Shown: positions 42,709 to 42,906 of the stretch, in pieces
Position numbering within the stretch: the stretch's first letter is position 1
Layout: each line of letters opens with the position of its first letter
Virus record (IMG/VR): IMGVR_UViG_3300027710_000002
Coordinates: 1-42,906 of that record
Reading direction: 5' to 3' (one strand)
Source: a virus
DNA: 42,906 bases
Notes under the pieces: generated by a model
Seen by the model: only the letters and a program-made list of their open reading frames with translations
What the model was told of the DNA's origin: nothing
Database searches by the model: none
Translations under genes and position numbers: made by a program

Positions 42709-42906
42709 CCTGTTCGGCTTCTTCTACATTTTCATTAACATCTTTCCAAGTCACATCTTCTGGTCCGATTTTATTAAAATCGACCACACCTCCTTCAAAC
42801 ATTGCTTTAAGAATATTGTTCGAGCCTCTTGGAAGATTTAGTTTATAGACTGAAGCTTCAAGTTTTTTAGGGTCAACTGTAGCTTCCTTGTGATCGAAAT
42901 CAAACA
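42701..42906 (-). CDS. terS: Terminase small subunit candidate, C-terminal part (42780..42906 duplicates 1..127)
   Basis: In-frame continuation of the ORF starting at 503. Acidic tail ...ENVEEAEQDE, then TAA at 42701-42703. Confidence 0.55.
   Translation of the reverse strand, partial: FDFDHKEATVDPKKLEASVYKLNLPRGSNNILKAMFEGGVVDFNKIGPEDVTWKDVNENVEEAEQDE

Overview
The window is a complete circular replicon. Bases 1-127 are identical to 42780-42906, so the unique length is 42,779 bp. It reads as an AT-rich temperate tailed phage with siphovirus-like organisation and no sheath-sized gene. The likely host is a Bacteroidota/Flavobacteriia-type bacterium, based on lipobox lipoproteins, TAnnTTTG-type -7 boxes and a Bacteroidota-style tyrosine integrase (inference). 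Almost all genes lie on the minus strand. Going down in coordinate from a CI/Cro-like divergent switch (about 16.85-16.95 kb), the order is as follows:
- early genes, including a non-canonical tRNA-like gene and a Toprim/SF3 primase-helicase
- a repeat-rich control region (9.98-10.13 kb)
- the head module (S49 protease, scaffold, capsid)
- a modification island (ParB-fused N6/N4 methyltransferase, C5 methyltransferase, GS-like amidoligase cassette)
- terS (spans the circular junction), terL and a candidate portal
- a 928-aa virion protein with a CotH-kinase-like C-terminus
- a lysis cassette (holin, u-spanin-like lipoprotein, 54-aa ORF, amidase)
- the tail module (1387-aa tape measure, a small nucleotidyltransferase-fold ORF, two large distal tail proteins)

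On the plus strand are the repressor, a 74-aa moron, two tandem initiator tRNA-fMet genes and the integrase. The tRNA genes are flanked by GTCACG repeats and form a candidate attP.

The items most worth follow-up are the amidoligase/methylase island, the CotH-like virion protein, the initiator-tRNA array at attP, the interrupted tRNA-like gene, the nucleotidyltransferase ORF in the tail operon, and several structured or repeated non-coding elements. All functional calls rest on motifs I could read by eye. No database search was run.
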